A stretch of 46,051 nt of DNA, taken from positions 73,249,208 through 73,295,258 of the forward strand of contig NC_068987.1 in assembly GCF_001194135.2 (NCBI RefSeq), written 5' to 3'. The translations under genes were made by a program, and so were the position numbers. Shown here piece after piece: positions 36,083 through 46,051 of this stretch. The notes below the pieces were generated by a model that worked only from the letters and a program-made list of their open reading frames with translations, did not search any database and was not told where the DNA came from. Each line of letters opens with the position of its first letter. Positions within the stretch are counted from its first letter, which is position 1. This stretch comes from Octopus bimaculoides. Lineage: Eukaryota.

Positions 36083-36696
36083 GTGTGCCAACCCACACAT
36101 GTGAAATCTTATTTCTATCAATGCTGGTTCTCCCTGCACCCTTTGTTACTTTTTAGTGATAGTAAATAATTTCTTTTTTGGATTGGAATTGCGTCTAGCC
36201 ACCTTAATTATTTTACGATTTTCACATTACGATTTTGCGGAATCAGTCACTGATTCCTATGGTAAGTTCTATAAATACTGACAAGGTAAATTTCAGCTTC
36301 ACCACCTACAATGGAAAAAGCATTACTGATGAGCATTAGCTTCCATGCAAAATTGGCATGCCAGTTTAATGTCCTTTCTTGCAGTGGGTAGGTTGTCTCC
36401 TTTGTCAGTAAATACTGCATGTGCTTTTGTGGTTAAAGAGTATTTGACTCTTATTTCTAGCAATGCTGATGCTCCATGAGAACAAATGGGTAATATAACA
36501 ATATCTGTCAGAGAGACAACCATTGTCAAAAGACCACTTTACAACATATATACACCTACACAAGACTATATACACAGACTGTACAGTAAATACAATGACA
36601 TCAGTTTATGTGCACCAATGTTATACAGCTAATTCTAGAAACTTATCCCAAAACATACGTTGTGAAGTTTCCCTGTAGGCAATTTGTAATACTTAC

Positions 36697-36722
36697 TGGT
36701 GAAAATCTGAAGGCCCATTCAT
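36697..36722 (-). CDS. HEXD: Hexosaminidase D-like first coding segment MNGPSDFH (exon spans 36697-36733 with 11 nt of 5' UTR)
   Basis: Acceptor ttttatatttttcag at 36734 and donor gtaagt. The ATG at 36722 is in frame with phase 2, joining exon 2. Confidence 0.75.
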
Positions 36723-37299
36723 TGTAGAAAGACCTGAAAAATATAAAAGAGATCAAATATGTATATAATCTTCATAACTGTCATTATTGATTTCTTTATG
36801 GGATGAGATGATATTTAATTCAGTCTTACAAAAACTGCAGTCTGCAGAACTTTCTGGAAAATTACTTTGAGTTATTTTAGTAGTGCAGCCCAACTGATGA
36901 TGAACCATGTCTCATGCAGCTCACCTTTCAAAAAAGTTTCCCATACCTGTTCTAATCAATTCCCAGTTAATTACAGGTAATACTTTCTAATATCAGCATA
37001 AAGTCACACCTTTCAGGGGAAGAATATGATCTATTACATCATCCTAGTACTTGACAAGTTACAATTTTACAGATGCTAAAAAGAAGAAAAGCAAAATAAG
37101 CCTTGACAGGATTTGAATTCAGAACATAAAGGGCTATACCGAAATACCACAAAGCATTTGTTTGATTCTGTAAGGTTTCTGCCAGTTCACTACTTTATCA
37201 TATTAACTGCAGCTCTGGCAGGTGGGGGATTTAGAGCCATAAGGGTAATAAGAAAACACAGTCCAAATCTCTAATGATAACTCTCTCTACATTCAAATA

Positions 37300-37640
37300 T
37301 TGTAGAATGTCATGGAAGATGCTGTGATACTGCATGGCAGAGATAAACAGACTCTAAATGAAAGCAGTGAAGTGAGCATGTTCCACGGATATGTGATGTT
37401 CATAAATGAAAAAGTACAAATGAACAGTCCATGCTGGTATGGGCAAGTAATGTATATGGAGCATGACAGCTGTATAAAGAACTGCAGGATACCCAAAGTT
37501 GATGGAATCTGTGATAGATGGAGACCCAGGAAGATATGAGATAAAATGGTGAAGATCAATCTCAGGATGTAGTAATTTGCTGAGAAGATGACTAAAGACT
37601 GCGATGATTGGTGAGACACAGTGCTGAGAAGGTCCATCCA
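37300..37640 (+). mobile_element. Degenerate RTE-clade LINE 3' remnant
   Basis: Reads CWYGQVMYMEHDSCIKNCRIPKVDGICDRWRPRKI*, the same family as 27430-27740. Confidence 0.65.
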
Positions 37641-38963
37641 CTTGTGTAAGTATGGTGAAATGAACATCAAAAGCATTAAAGATAGAGAGCAAAGATGGAA
37701 GCATCTGCTTTTAGGTCTCCAGCCAATAGTCCCATCTGTTGCTGTCTCTGTTTCTTAATATCCTCTCATATCTCTTTTACTCACCTCACCTGCCTGCCTG
37801 CCTGCTTACCTACACATACACACAATAGATCATCTGATGGTTTCAGCTATTAACCTCAAAGACCTTTTAAAATCAAACATATTTGCCCATTCAAACTCAG
37901 GATTATTGACTGGAATGAAAGGTAGTTTTACTGGAATTTTTTGGTAACATTTATCAAGGTGGATTTGAAATTGCAAGTTGCTTAATCTGGATTGAACAAA
38001 GATGAGTCAGTTGTGGTACAATTATTGTGTTTAGCCCCAGATCAGAGCTGATTCAGTAGCTTGGTGATAAAAGACATCCCACATCTGATCTCCCCAGCTT
38101 TTATTCAGACACATTATATCTGGGACCACAATATTCAAGGTCCTGCTTTTTTTTTTTTATTAAAGACAATAGGATCAGTTGAGAATGATTTGGTTGCTAT
38201 TTCTAGCAGACGGAGTGATGGCATGGAGGGAACACAAGCCAACGTGGGAGCCTGTATGTGTTTGCTCGACCTGTTAGAAATAACAGCCAACCCTCCTTCG
38301 AACCACACAACTGTCTTAAAAAGAAGGATAAGTTCTTGAGAATAAGATGGGATGATCAAGGTTGGAACATCCTTGGTCATAAGTTTGATTGATCGAGACT
38401 GATCTGGAACTACCACTACTAACCAGGGACAGGTTTTCTCGTTGGCTCCTGGTATAATAATTATCATTGCAGACTGTTTTCTGTCTGCTCGTATTTAGAC
38501 TACGAAAGGGTTCGAATGTTGCCGAGTTCTAGTCCTGTCTCCCACTCAGGACCACCCATAGGTGCACTTGAATAAATAGAGGTTTTGGAATCATTAGCAT
38601 AAAATTTGATTTACTTTTTACATAGTTTGGACCGACGATCGTAGGCGTTGAAGCTGTGATAATCCCTTCAGTTTGTATATTTATGACTCTATTAGCCAAA
38701 GTTTATCATTCTTTTAGACACTACAGTGTGATCTGAAGGATATTTTGCTGCCGTTTCTAGCAGGTCGGGTCACCCTGCCACGGTTCATCGTCGGTTTGTT
38801 GAAAAGAAATTTTGTACCCTTAAAAAGGGTGTTAAGTGGGGGTACATGTGTGGATAGCAAACGTGGTGGAGGGCCTGACAAATTATCAAATTTAATAAAA
38901 TTAAGGTCTTAATCTTTTTTAAAAACTTGTCCAACATTGAGGCGAAGGAAGAATGGCAGAGAC

Positions 38964-39632
38964 GGACTATATGTAATCTGAACCTTTCCCCTACTTATTT
39001 ATTATTTTTTTTACGGAATCCCACGTTTTAGGCTATCGAAATTCCGATTCTGAAAAAAAATTTTCCAAAATCTCAAATTCAAAATTTCGATTTCCCCCAC
39101 CCCATTTCCTCATTTAAAAATATTTTCCGGAAATTTTTTTTTTTTAGAAATACGTAAAAAAATATGGAGATTATGATTCTGAAAAAAAANNNNNNNNNNN
39201 NNNNNNNNNNNNNNNNNNNNNNNNNNNNNNNNNNNNNNNNNNNNNNNNNNNNNNNNNNNNNNNNNNNNNNNNNNNNNNNNNNNNNNNNNNNNNNNNNNNN
39301 NNNNNNNNNNNNNNNNNNNNNNNNNNNNNNNNNNNNNNNNNNNNNNNNNNNNNNNNNNNNNNNNNNNNNNNNNNNNNNNNNNNNNNNNNNNNTAGGGTTA
39401 GGGTCAGGGTTAGGGTTAGGGTTAGGGTCAGGGTTAGGGTTAGGGTTAGGGTTTGAGTTAGGGTTAGGTTTACCCTGTGGATCTATATAAAAACCGGGGG
39501 GGGGGGGGAAATTTTGAAACTGAGATTTTTGAAATTTTTTTTCAGAATCGGAATCTCCATAGCCTAAAACGTGTGATTCCGTAAAAAAAAAAAAATAAAT
39601 AAGGGAGGAAAGGTTCAGATTACATATAGTCC
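38964..39632. mobile_element. Non-autonomous foldback element with terminal inverted repeats of about 125 bp and an internal telomere-like array
   Basis: Left GGACTATATGTAATCTGAACCTTTCC...ACGGAATC.CACGTTTTAGGCTAT...CCGATTCTGAAAAAAA is the reverse complement of 39500-39632. The interior includes a gap. Confidence 0.8.
39393..39468 (+). repeat. Interstitial (TTAGGG)n with TCAGGG variants
   Basis: About 12 hexamers read directly after the N gap, so the array may be longer. Confidence 0.9.
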
Positions 39633-40385
39633 ATCTGGACCGGAAGAATTGTTTGAATGCAAGCTCTATTTTCTTTTAATACAGACTAATATATTGGGCA
39701 AAATTTCTTACCAAAATTGGCAGTTGTGGTGGTGGGGTATTTGTCAGTTTGAGAACCGGTGCCATAAATGGCTTCGGTATTCCTAACAAAAGGTTAGTTT
39801 ATTGACTAAAATAAAATAAATTAGAACCAATTTTCGTAAGTTTGCTATACCAACTATAACGTTTTTTCTTTGTATCTATAGCGATTGAACTTAACAGTTT
39901 AAATATACAAAATAAGTAAATCAAATAAATAAATATCCACACATACACGCGACTATGTCGATGAAGGTATGTATGTGCACGCAATACTTCGTGTGCACAT
40001 GTGTGTAGTTTTGTAATTCTAATAAGCACTGATTTGGTAGATCTAATATTATAACTACGGGGTTTTTTTTTCTCGAGATCGTGTATCTGAGGTGTACATT
40101 ATCGAATGTGTCCTTTCTCTTTGAAGATTGTAGGATATTATTTGAAAGACAGTCGGCTGTTAGCTGAAAGAAGTAGAATGATCACGTAAAGGAATCCGCG
40201 TTGACTTATGAAAGTAGGTAAATGAGAATGCATATAAGCAAGATCCCAAAACTGGAAATGTTCAGCAAAGGTAAAGACGATCAGAGTACCCCAAAACTTT
40301 TAATGAAAATAAACCGAACAATCACAAACACATACACTATATATGTATATATATATATACACACAAGGTATACATATAAGATTAC

Positions 40386-40450
40386 CTGAAAGTGTGCTGA
40401 GTACATTAATTTGACGTCAGTCAACAACAATGCCAAGTGTTGGAGCAATA
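40386..40450 (-). other. HEXD: Candidate non-coding first exon of HEXD (5' boundary unknown)
   Basis: The exon at 36733 has an acceptor, so an upstream exon must exist. CAG|gtaatc at 40386/40385 is a plausible donor, and a TGACGTCA (CRE) palindrome lies at about 40412-40419. No transcript evidence is available. Confidence 0.3.
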
Positions 40451-42280
40451 AACTTTACTTATTTCTTTAATATTTTGGAAATGAATTTTCACCTCATGGT
40501 TAGAGCAATGAGTTATCTCCCCTGCATCCGCACTATCCGGTGAATGTTCACTATTGTTACTGTTCATGCAGAAGCAAGTATTTGGATGATTGTTCGACTG
40601 AAATTACCATTAAATCTCCCCAGAAAACGAAACCTTGCTGTCTTTAAAATGACTACTACAACTAATAAATGCCCTGATGCAATACCAGGTAGTGACTGAT
40701 AGTTTCTGATCTTAACTGATTGGAAAGCGTTAACGTGTGCGTATTTTGTCTTGGTGCAAAGGATGGGCTACAGCAAATATTCTGCTCAATACCGGATATT
40801 TGCTTGTCAGTTGCTTCACCATAACCAGTTGAGCATGTCCTTTAGTGGTTGACGGTATGTGCATCTCTGTTCACAAGCAGGAATAGTGGGGGAGCATCAT
40901 AGCCATGTGTTGAGATTCTTTGGAGTTTGAATAATTCACTTCTGGAAAGATGAGTGTTTCGTTCATCATCCTTAAACAATTCTTATTCGGGGAACTTTTG
41001 TGTGGGATGGGTTACTTGACCTGAAGAAAATTCTAACTGGGCCCCAACTATAAGGTCATGCGTTGCTTATCTTGATATGAGATCACCATGTCGCGCACAT
41101 ATGGCTGTGATGCATGTGTCTGGTGTACTATTATAAGACGGGTAGTTGTGGTGGGTATACTGCACTTCGTATATTTGTACCCCAGCGTCACTTTTGATGG
41201 CGTGTGCTGCTCTCTCACACAATGATGATGATGATGATGATAATAAAGAAGAAGGAAGATAAGACAGAATATATCAGATAATGTTGTCTTAGATATACTA
41301 TGCTTGAATAAAATAAAATTAAAAAAAGACCGGAATCGCCATAAGATATACTCTATGTCATAAACTAGGCAAAGGCAGCAAGCTGTCAATATCGTCAACA
41401 CATCGGACAAAATGCTTAGCGTCATTTCGTCCGTCTTTATGTTCTGAGTTCAAATTCCACAGACGTCAATCTTGTCTTTCGTTCTTTCGGAGTCCATCAA
41501 ATAAGTTGCAGTTGAACACCGGGATCGGTGTAATCGACTATCGCCCTCCACCATAATTTCACCCCTTGTGCCTATAGCAGAAAGGATTATAAACTTGGTA
41601 TATACACATATATACTTACAAACATGTGTACGTATGTGTCTATTCTATATATATATATAACTATGTGAGTATACACCCCCCCTCTCTCTGTATATAAATA
41701 TATACATATATATATATAAATGACGGAAAAACTACTTGAACTAATGGCGAAGTCCGGCATGCCCCCCCTTCCCCAGTCCTTATTATGTAATAAACGGTGT
41801 CTTGGGAAGGCACGATGAAGTGGACAATATAAAAGGAAAAACTTAAAAGTTGGGCAGGCATTAGGATAATAGTGAACAATATTTCCAATGGGGACGCCGA
41901 TGTGACCTGTAGATAGATCCACAATATTTTAGTTAGCTGCCTTAAGATTAGGGGGGGAATAGAAGAGCAACAATACGAAAACTACAAAGGGAGAGAAGTA
42001 TGGATATGCTTCGTTATGGATATCACAAAGGCACCTGAAAGTTGAGAATTAAAGTTATATCTGCTGGAATTATGAAAATTAAATAATTCTTGAGTGACTG
42101 CAGCTGCCCGTAGTTTGATAAGCGAGCTACAATGTGGAGGAACAACGGACGCTGGACATTTTTAGGTAGCATCCATGCTGTTTAACCCTATTGAAAGAAG
42201 TATTACTGTCGGAAGATGTCGAAATTGTTATGATCTGCTGTTATCGATTGGTGAAGGGATTGTCTTGTGCTGCAAACTAT

Positions 42281-43039
42281 AGGGCTTTCCTATAAGTAGG
42301 TTATCTCCCTTGGCTAGGCGGCGCTCCATGTAGATAATTAAACTTCCGGAGGCTACCCACGCCATTGTTATTGTTTTACGTCTTATCATGGATATAAAGC
42401 AGCTTGATGATTCAGCTATCGAAGTACTTACTGTGCCTGAGTTAAAGAAATATTTAAGATTATATGGACAGTATGTTACTGGAAGAAAGGCGGACTTGAC
42501 TGAAAGGTTGAAAGGAATAAAAATTCTGTCGATGAAGAACGTCAACAAAGTAAATTCATTGGACGATAAGTCTGAAGTATCGGACGATACTTCAGACAGG
42601 ANNNNNNNNNNNNNNNNNNNNNNNNNNNNNNNNNNNNNNNNNNNNNNNNNNNNNNNNNNNNNNNNNNNNNNNNNNNNNNNNNNNNNNNNNNNNNNNNNNN
42701 NNNNNNNNATAATGACATAATTACCTCGTGCTATGGATGAAATCAAAGCAACAGTTAAGGAGTGGCATATTTTACCACGACAGACACGTACACAGCATCG
42801 AATACCACGATGTGAGTGAAAGCTGCTCTCACTGTATTGCCTGGTGTCTGGTAATCCCTTCGATACCGACATCAAACCAAAAAAAGAATCCTGACCACAG
42901 AGTGTGGGTAATTATGTCAAATGTCACTGGCAATGTGCATTCAGCTGATTGCAACTGTTAAAGCAAGTCACTGAGCATGCGTACATGTCATACGGGAGAG
43001 TTCCAATCAGGGGTGGATAACACCTTATAGGAAAGCCCT
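42281..43039 (+). mobile_element. Internally deleted ISL2EU-like (PIF/Harbinger-ISL2EU group) DNA transposon
   Basis: Perfect 16-bp TIRs AGGGCTTTCCTATAAG / CTTATAGGAAAGCCCT, imperfect to about 30 bp, are flanked by AT on both sides. They enclose a SAP plus SWIM-like ORF fragment. An alternative reading (TA duplication, TAGGG termini) cannot be excluded. Confidence 0.7.
42388..42961 (+). pseudogene. Truncated transposon accessory ORF with a SAP domain and the start of a SWIM zinc finger
   Basis: LTVPELKKYLRLYGQYVTGRKADLTERLKG fits the SAP consensus. After the gap, HRVWVIMSNVTGNVHSADCNC supplies the CxC half of SWIM and then ends. Confidence 0.7.
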
Positions 43040-43332
43040 ATACGCAAAATTTTAAATATTAGGGGGGAGTAAACTGGGATAATGAACTATACTTGAATGT
43101 GAACACCTTCTTTCTACGCTTTTGATACGCAGAAAAAAAAAATGAGTGGAGGAGTCTCCTGATGGATCGTTCCACGATTTATTGATGATTCCTCAGAGAA
43201 GACCTCCCAATCTCTTTCCCCAATTATCAATTAGGATATTACCATGTAGATAGCTTAATTTGCTCAGTAGTAAGTATTTCAGGGAGCGAGACATTAGGTA
43301 AACAATATGTATTTTATTCACAACACAGCGCA

Positions 43333-43768
43333 AATGGAGAGGATGGTCGTGATGCAAATGATTGCACAAACAACAGTTTAAGCTAGTGGTGCTGCCCCAG
43401 ATCATCCCTGATCCAGTATATCAATGTACTATGTCTATCCCCTTAACTATTATGAGAATGTAAATACATTTCTTCTATGGCTTTGATGTCCAGAAGAGGA
43501 AAAGAACGAAGTCTAGACTAACTGTTTTAGGATTTGTTGATTGCTCCTCGGCCAACATGTGGGCGCTGTCTGATCACTCGACTTATAAAATACCACACAA
43601 ATTGTCCCTAAATCACATCTTACCTTTCACAATGGGGTCTTAGATACATCGAAAAATGGGATAGACATAGTACATTGATATACTGGATCAGGGATGATCT
43701 GGGGCAGCACCACTGTAGCTTAAATTGTTGTTTGTGCAATCATTTGCATCACGACCATCCTCTCCATT
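43333..43768. repeat. Palindrome with near-perfect arms of about 110 bp (43333-43441 and 43658-43768) and a spacer of about 215 bp
   Basis: AATGGAGAGGATGGTCGTGATGCAAATGATTGCACAAACAAC...CCCCAGATCATCCCTGATCCAGTATATCAATGTACTATGTCTATCCC and its reverse complement are both present. Confidence 0.9.
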
Positions 43769-44406
43769 ATCATTTTAGTAGAAAGTGGGTTATACATCTT
43801 TAGATTGTATACCTGACTTTCTACTATAAAATTAAAGAATATAAACGGAACGCTGAACTCCAGACTAAACAACACTTTATTTAGGTGGTAAACATACTGA
43901 TCTTTAGTTCTTGTTGTTACAGCTTCTATTGTGCATGAGCATAATTGTTGGGACGTTGTTCTGTAGTTGTGAGCGAGCTGTCTTGTGTAAGTCCGAAAGA
44001 TGTAGAGACAGCTTTAGCACACGTCCATGCTCATGGTCGGCCGACCGTAAANNNNNNNNNNGATGTAGAGACAGCTTTAGCACACGTCCATGCTCATGGT
44101 CGGCCGACCGTAAAAGAAAAAGATTAAAGCGGGAAAGTTTGGTTGTTTAATTCTACGCATGCGCACGGCGTTACTACATCATCTTCACCATAGAATACTA
44201 GTTGCTGACTTTTTGCGACAGTCACAATGCACTACTTAGTGGTTTTTTTTTTTTTTTCTCACATTCACTCCTCATCTAATGTGTTTTAATTTATTCATTT
44301 GTCTTATATCTGTCATATTCATCTTTGAAATATTTTATTGTTGTGGCATTCCCCACAACATCTGGTAAACTACTTCATCCACTAATAGTTATTTGTGAAG
44401 TAAAAA

Positions 44407-45587
44407 AGCTTAACTACAGTCAATATCTGGCTGAATGCTCAAAGAGACTAAATGACAAGTTGAAGGCCACTTTGAAGAGGAATGGTATCAGCTCTTCAAA
44501 AGTGAGACATCGCTGCCCGCCGCTCGTTATAGTGTGCTTTCTCTTGGAGGGCCTATCACAAGGTCCAGTCCTTGTTGCAGTGTGGTGGCTTTTGAACCTC
44601 AATGACCCCAAGAACTATACCAGCGGAGCTGAGCAGGCCAAAGGATTGAGACATTTGGATCTTTCTGATTTGGCGGACACCATTTTTTATTTAGTTTTTA
44701 TTTAGTGTGTTTTCTACCGAAACACTTTAAAACTTCGTATACTTGTATATTTTGTCTTATAGAACAGAGAAAAAATTTTATATTCGAAGTTATTTCATGT
44801 TAAAAGTTGTCGTATTTCGGTAATTTCAACCAATCACTGACGTCTATTGAGGTGAAACAATTACTGCTGTGGTTTGTTTACAACACGTTTTGGCGGTGTA
44901 CTGGGATCTTTTCCCTTGAATAAAATTAGTGCCGTTGTTTGTCAACAACAACTATCGGCGGTAGAGTTAGGGTTAGGGTTATGAGTATTTTTTGCCAAGT
45001 TTGGTGAAAATCTGTTCAATACACCGCCACAAATTTTCCACTAAATTTGGCAAAAATACTCATAACCCTAACTCTAAAACCCGAACCCTAACCCTAAAGC
45101 TAAAACCAGTACAAACGCACGAACGATGTCATAAATAACAGTACCGCCGATAGTTGTTGTTGACAAACAATAGCACTAATTTTATTCAAGGGAAAAGATC
45201 CCATTACACTGCCACAACGTGTTGTTGACAAACCACAGCAGTAATTGTTTTCACCTCAATAGACGTCAGTGATTGGTTGAAATTACCGAAATACAACAAC
45301 TTTAACACGAAATAACTTTAAAAATATAAATTTTTCTCAACAACACTAAGAGTAAAAAATGTTTTATATGACACATTCTACCAGTGTCCCAAGTTTGAAA
45401 GTGTTTCGTTAGAAAACAAATAGTGTCCGCCAAATCAGAAAGATCCGACCAAATGTATACGGACCACCTCTTCCCAGATGTAAAGATGGGTTTGCATAGG
45501 ACCAACACCCCTATTTCTTCAAAGTGGCCTTCAGCTTGTCTTTTAGTCTCTTTGGTCCTTCAGCCAGATATTGACTGTAGTTAAGCT
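44407..45587. repeat. Outer inverted-repeat pair (44407-44478 and 45516-45587) enclosing the foldback element
   Basis: AGCTTAACTACAGTCAATATCTGGCTGAA...AAAGAGACTAAA.GACAAG.TGAAGGCCACTTTGAAGA and its reverse complement. Confidence 0.8.
44651..45456. mobile_element. Foldback element with inverted arms of about 330 bp, TTAGGG/CCCTAA tracts and a central inner hairpin
   Basis: ACATTTGG(TCGG)ATCTTTCTGATTTGGCGGACAC...CAACCAATCACTGACGTCTATTGAGGTG...CAACAACTATCGGCGGTA is mirrored on the right. An inner inverted repeat pairs GAGTTAGGGTTAGGGTTATGAGTATTTTTTGCCAA with TTGGCAAAAATACTCATAACCCTAACTC. Confidence 0.85.
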
Positions 45588-45988
45588 GCCTGTAAAGGAT
45601 CCCATTCAGGTAGTGTTTGTATGTATGTGTATGTTATGTATATGGTGAGTTTTAAACCCATTTCCCCTCGTCTTTCTTTTTTTCTAATTTCATTATCGCG
45701 AGTTGAACTTATCTGGCATACATAATCCCAACCTTTACCTCAATCTCACAAACCCCAATCCAATTTTTTCAATTTTTTTCTATGCCTTTTCTCTATCTTC
45801 TGCCTCTGTTGTGAGTTAGGGCATGTAATGTACAATGTATAATCAATTGTATGTGTAGAATATTTGACAAATTGGGGTGTTGAGTGGTTTTCATGGTCTG
45901 TTAAATGTGGGCTATGTCTGGTACATGGAGTCTGAGTCATAGAAGACGACTAGGAAAGATGGCAAGAAAGTTTCGTGCGGTTACAGAT

Positions 45989-46025
<37 letters not shown>

Positions 46026-46051
46026 CTCTCTCTCACTCTCTCTCTCTCTCT

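Noticed and set aside
39393-39468. True telomere or chromosome-fusion site
   Set aside because: The array is short, lies in one orientation, and is enclosed by the inverted arms of a mobile element.

Overview
This is eukaryotic, AT-rich, repeat-dense genomic DNA with several N gaps. The SINE, LINE and microsatellite content suggests a cephalopod (Octopus-like) draft assembly; that assignment is inference. One protein-coding gene spans most of the window on the minus strand: a GH20 hexosaminidase D-like gene (HEXD/HEXDC). I reconstructed 14 coding exons by hand (36722 down to 4475), all with GT-AG boundaries and consistent phases. They give about 439 aa, including [25 protein letters not shown], the catalytic HIGADE, WDDM, SSFKGA and TGWQRFDH. 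Most of these exons are absent from the supplied ORF track. The introns and upstream region hold tRNA-derived SINE chains, RTE and RLE-type LINE fragments, a Tc1 end, piggyBac-type MITEs and several foldback elements. The most notable observations are: (i) an inverted pair of minimal type I hammerhead-ribozyme motifs about 220 nt upstream of coding exon 10; (ii) a 1.5 kb, about 44-unit minisatellite whose conserved core overlaps HSE, kB-like, STAT and ETS motifs; (iii) an internally deleted ISL2EU-like element carrying a SAP-SWIM ORF; (iv) two foldback elements containing TTAGGG repeats; and (v) a strong orientation bias of one SINE family. Repeat boundaries are approximate, and no database searches were run.
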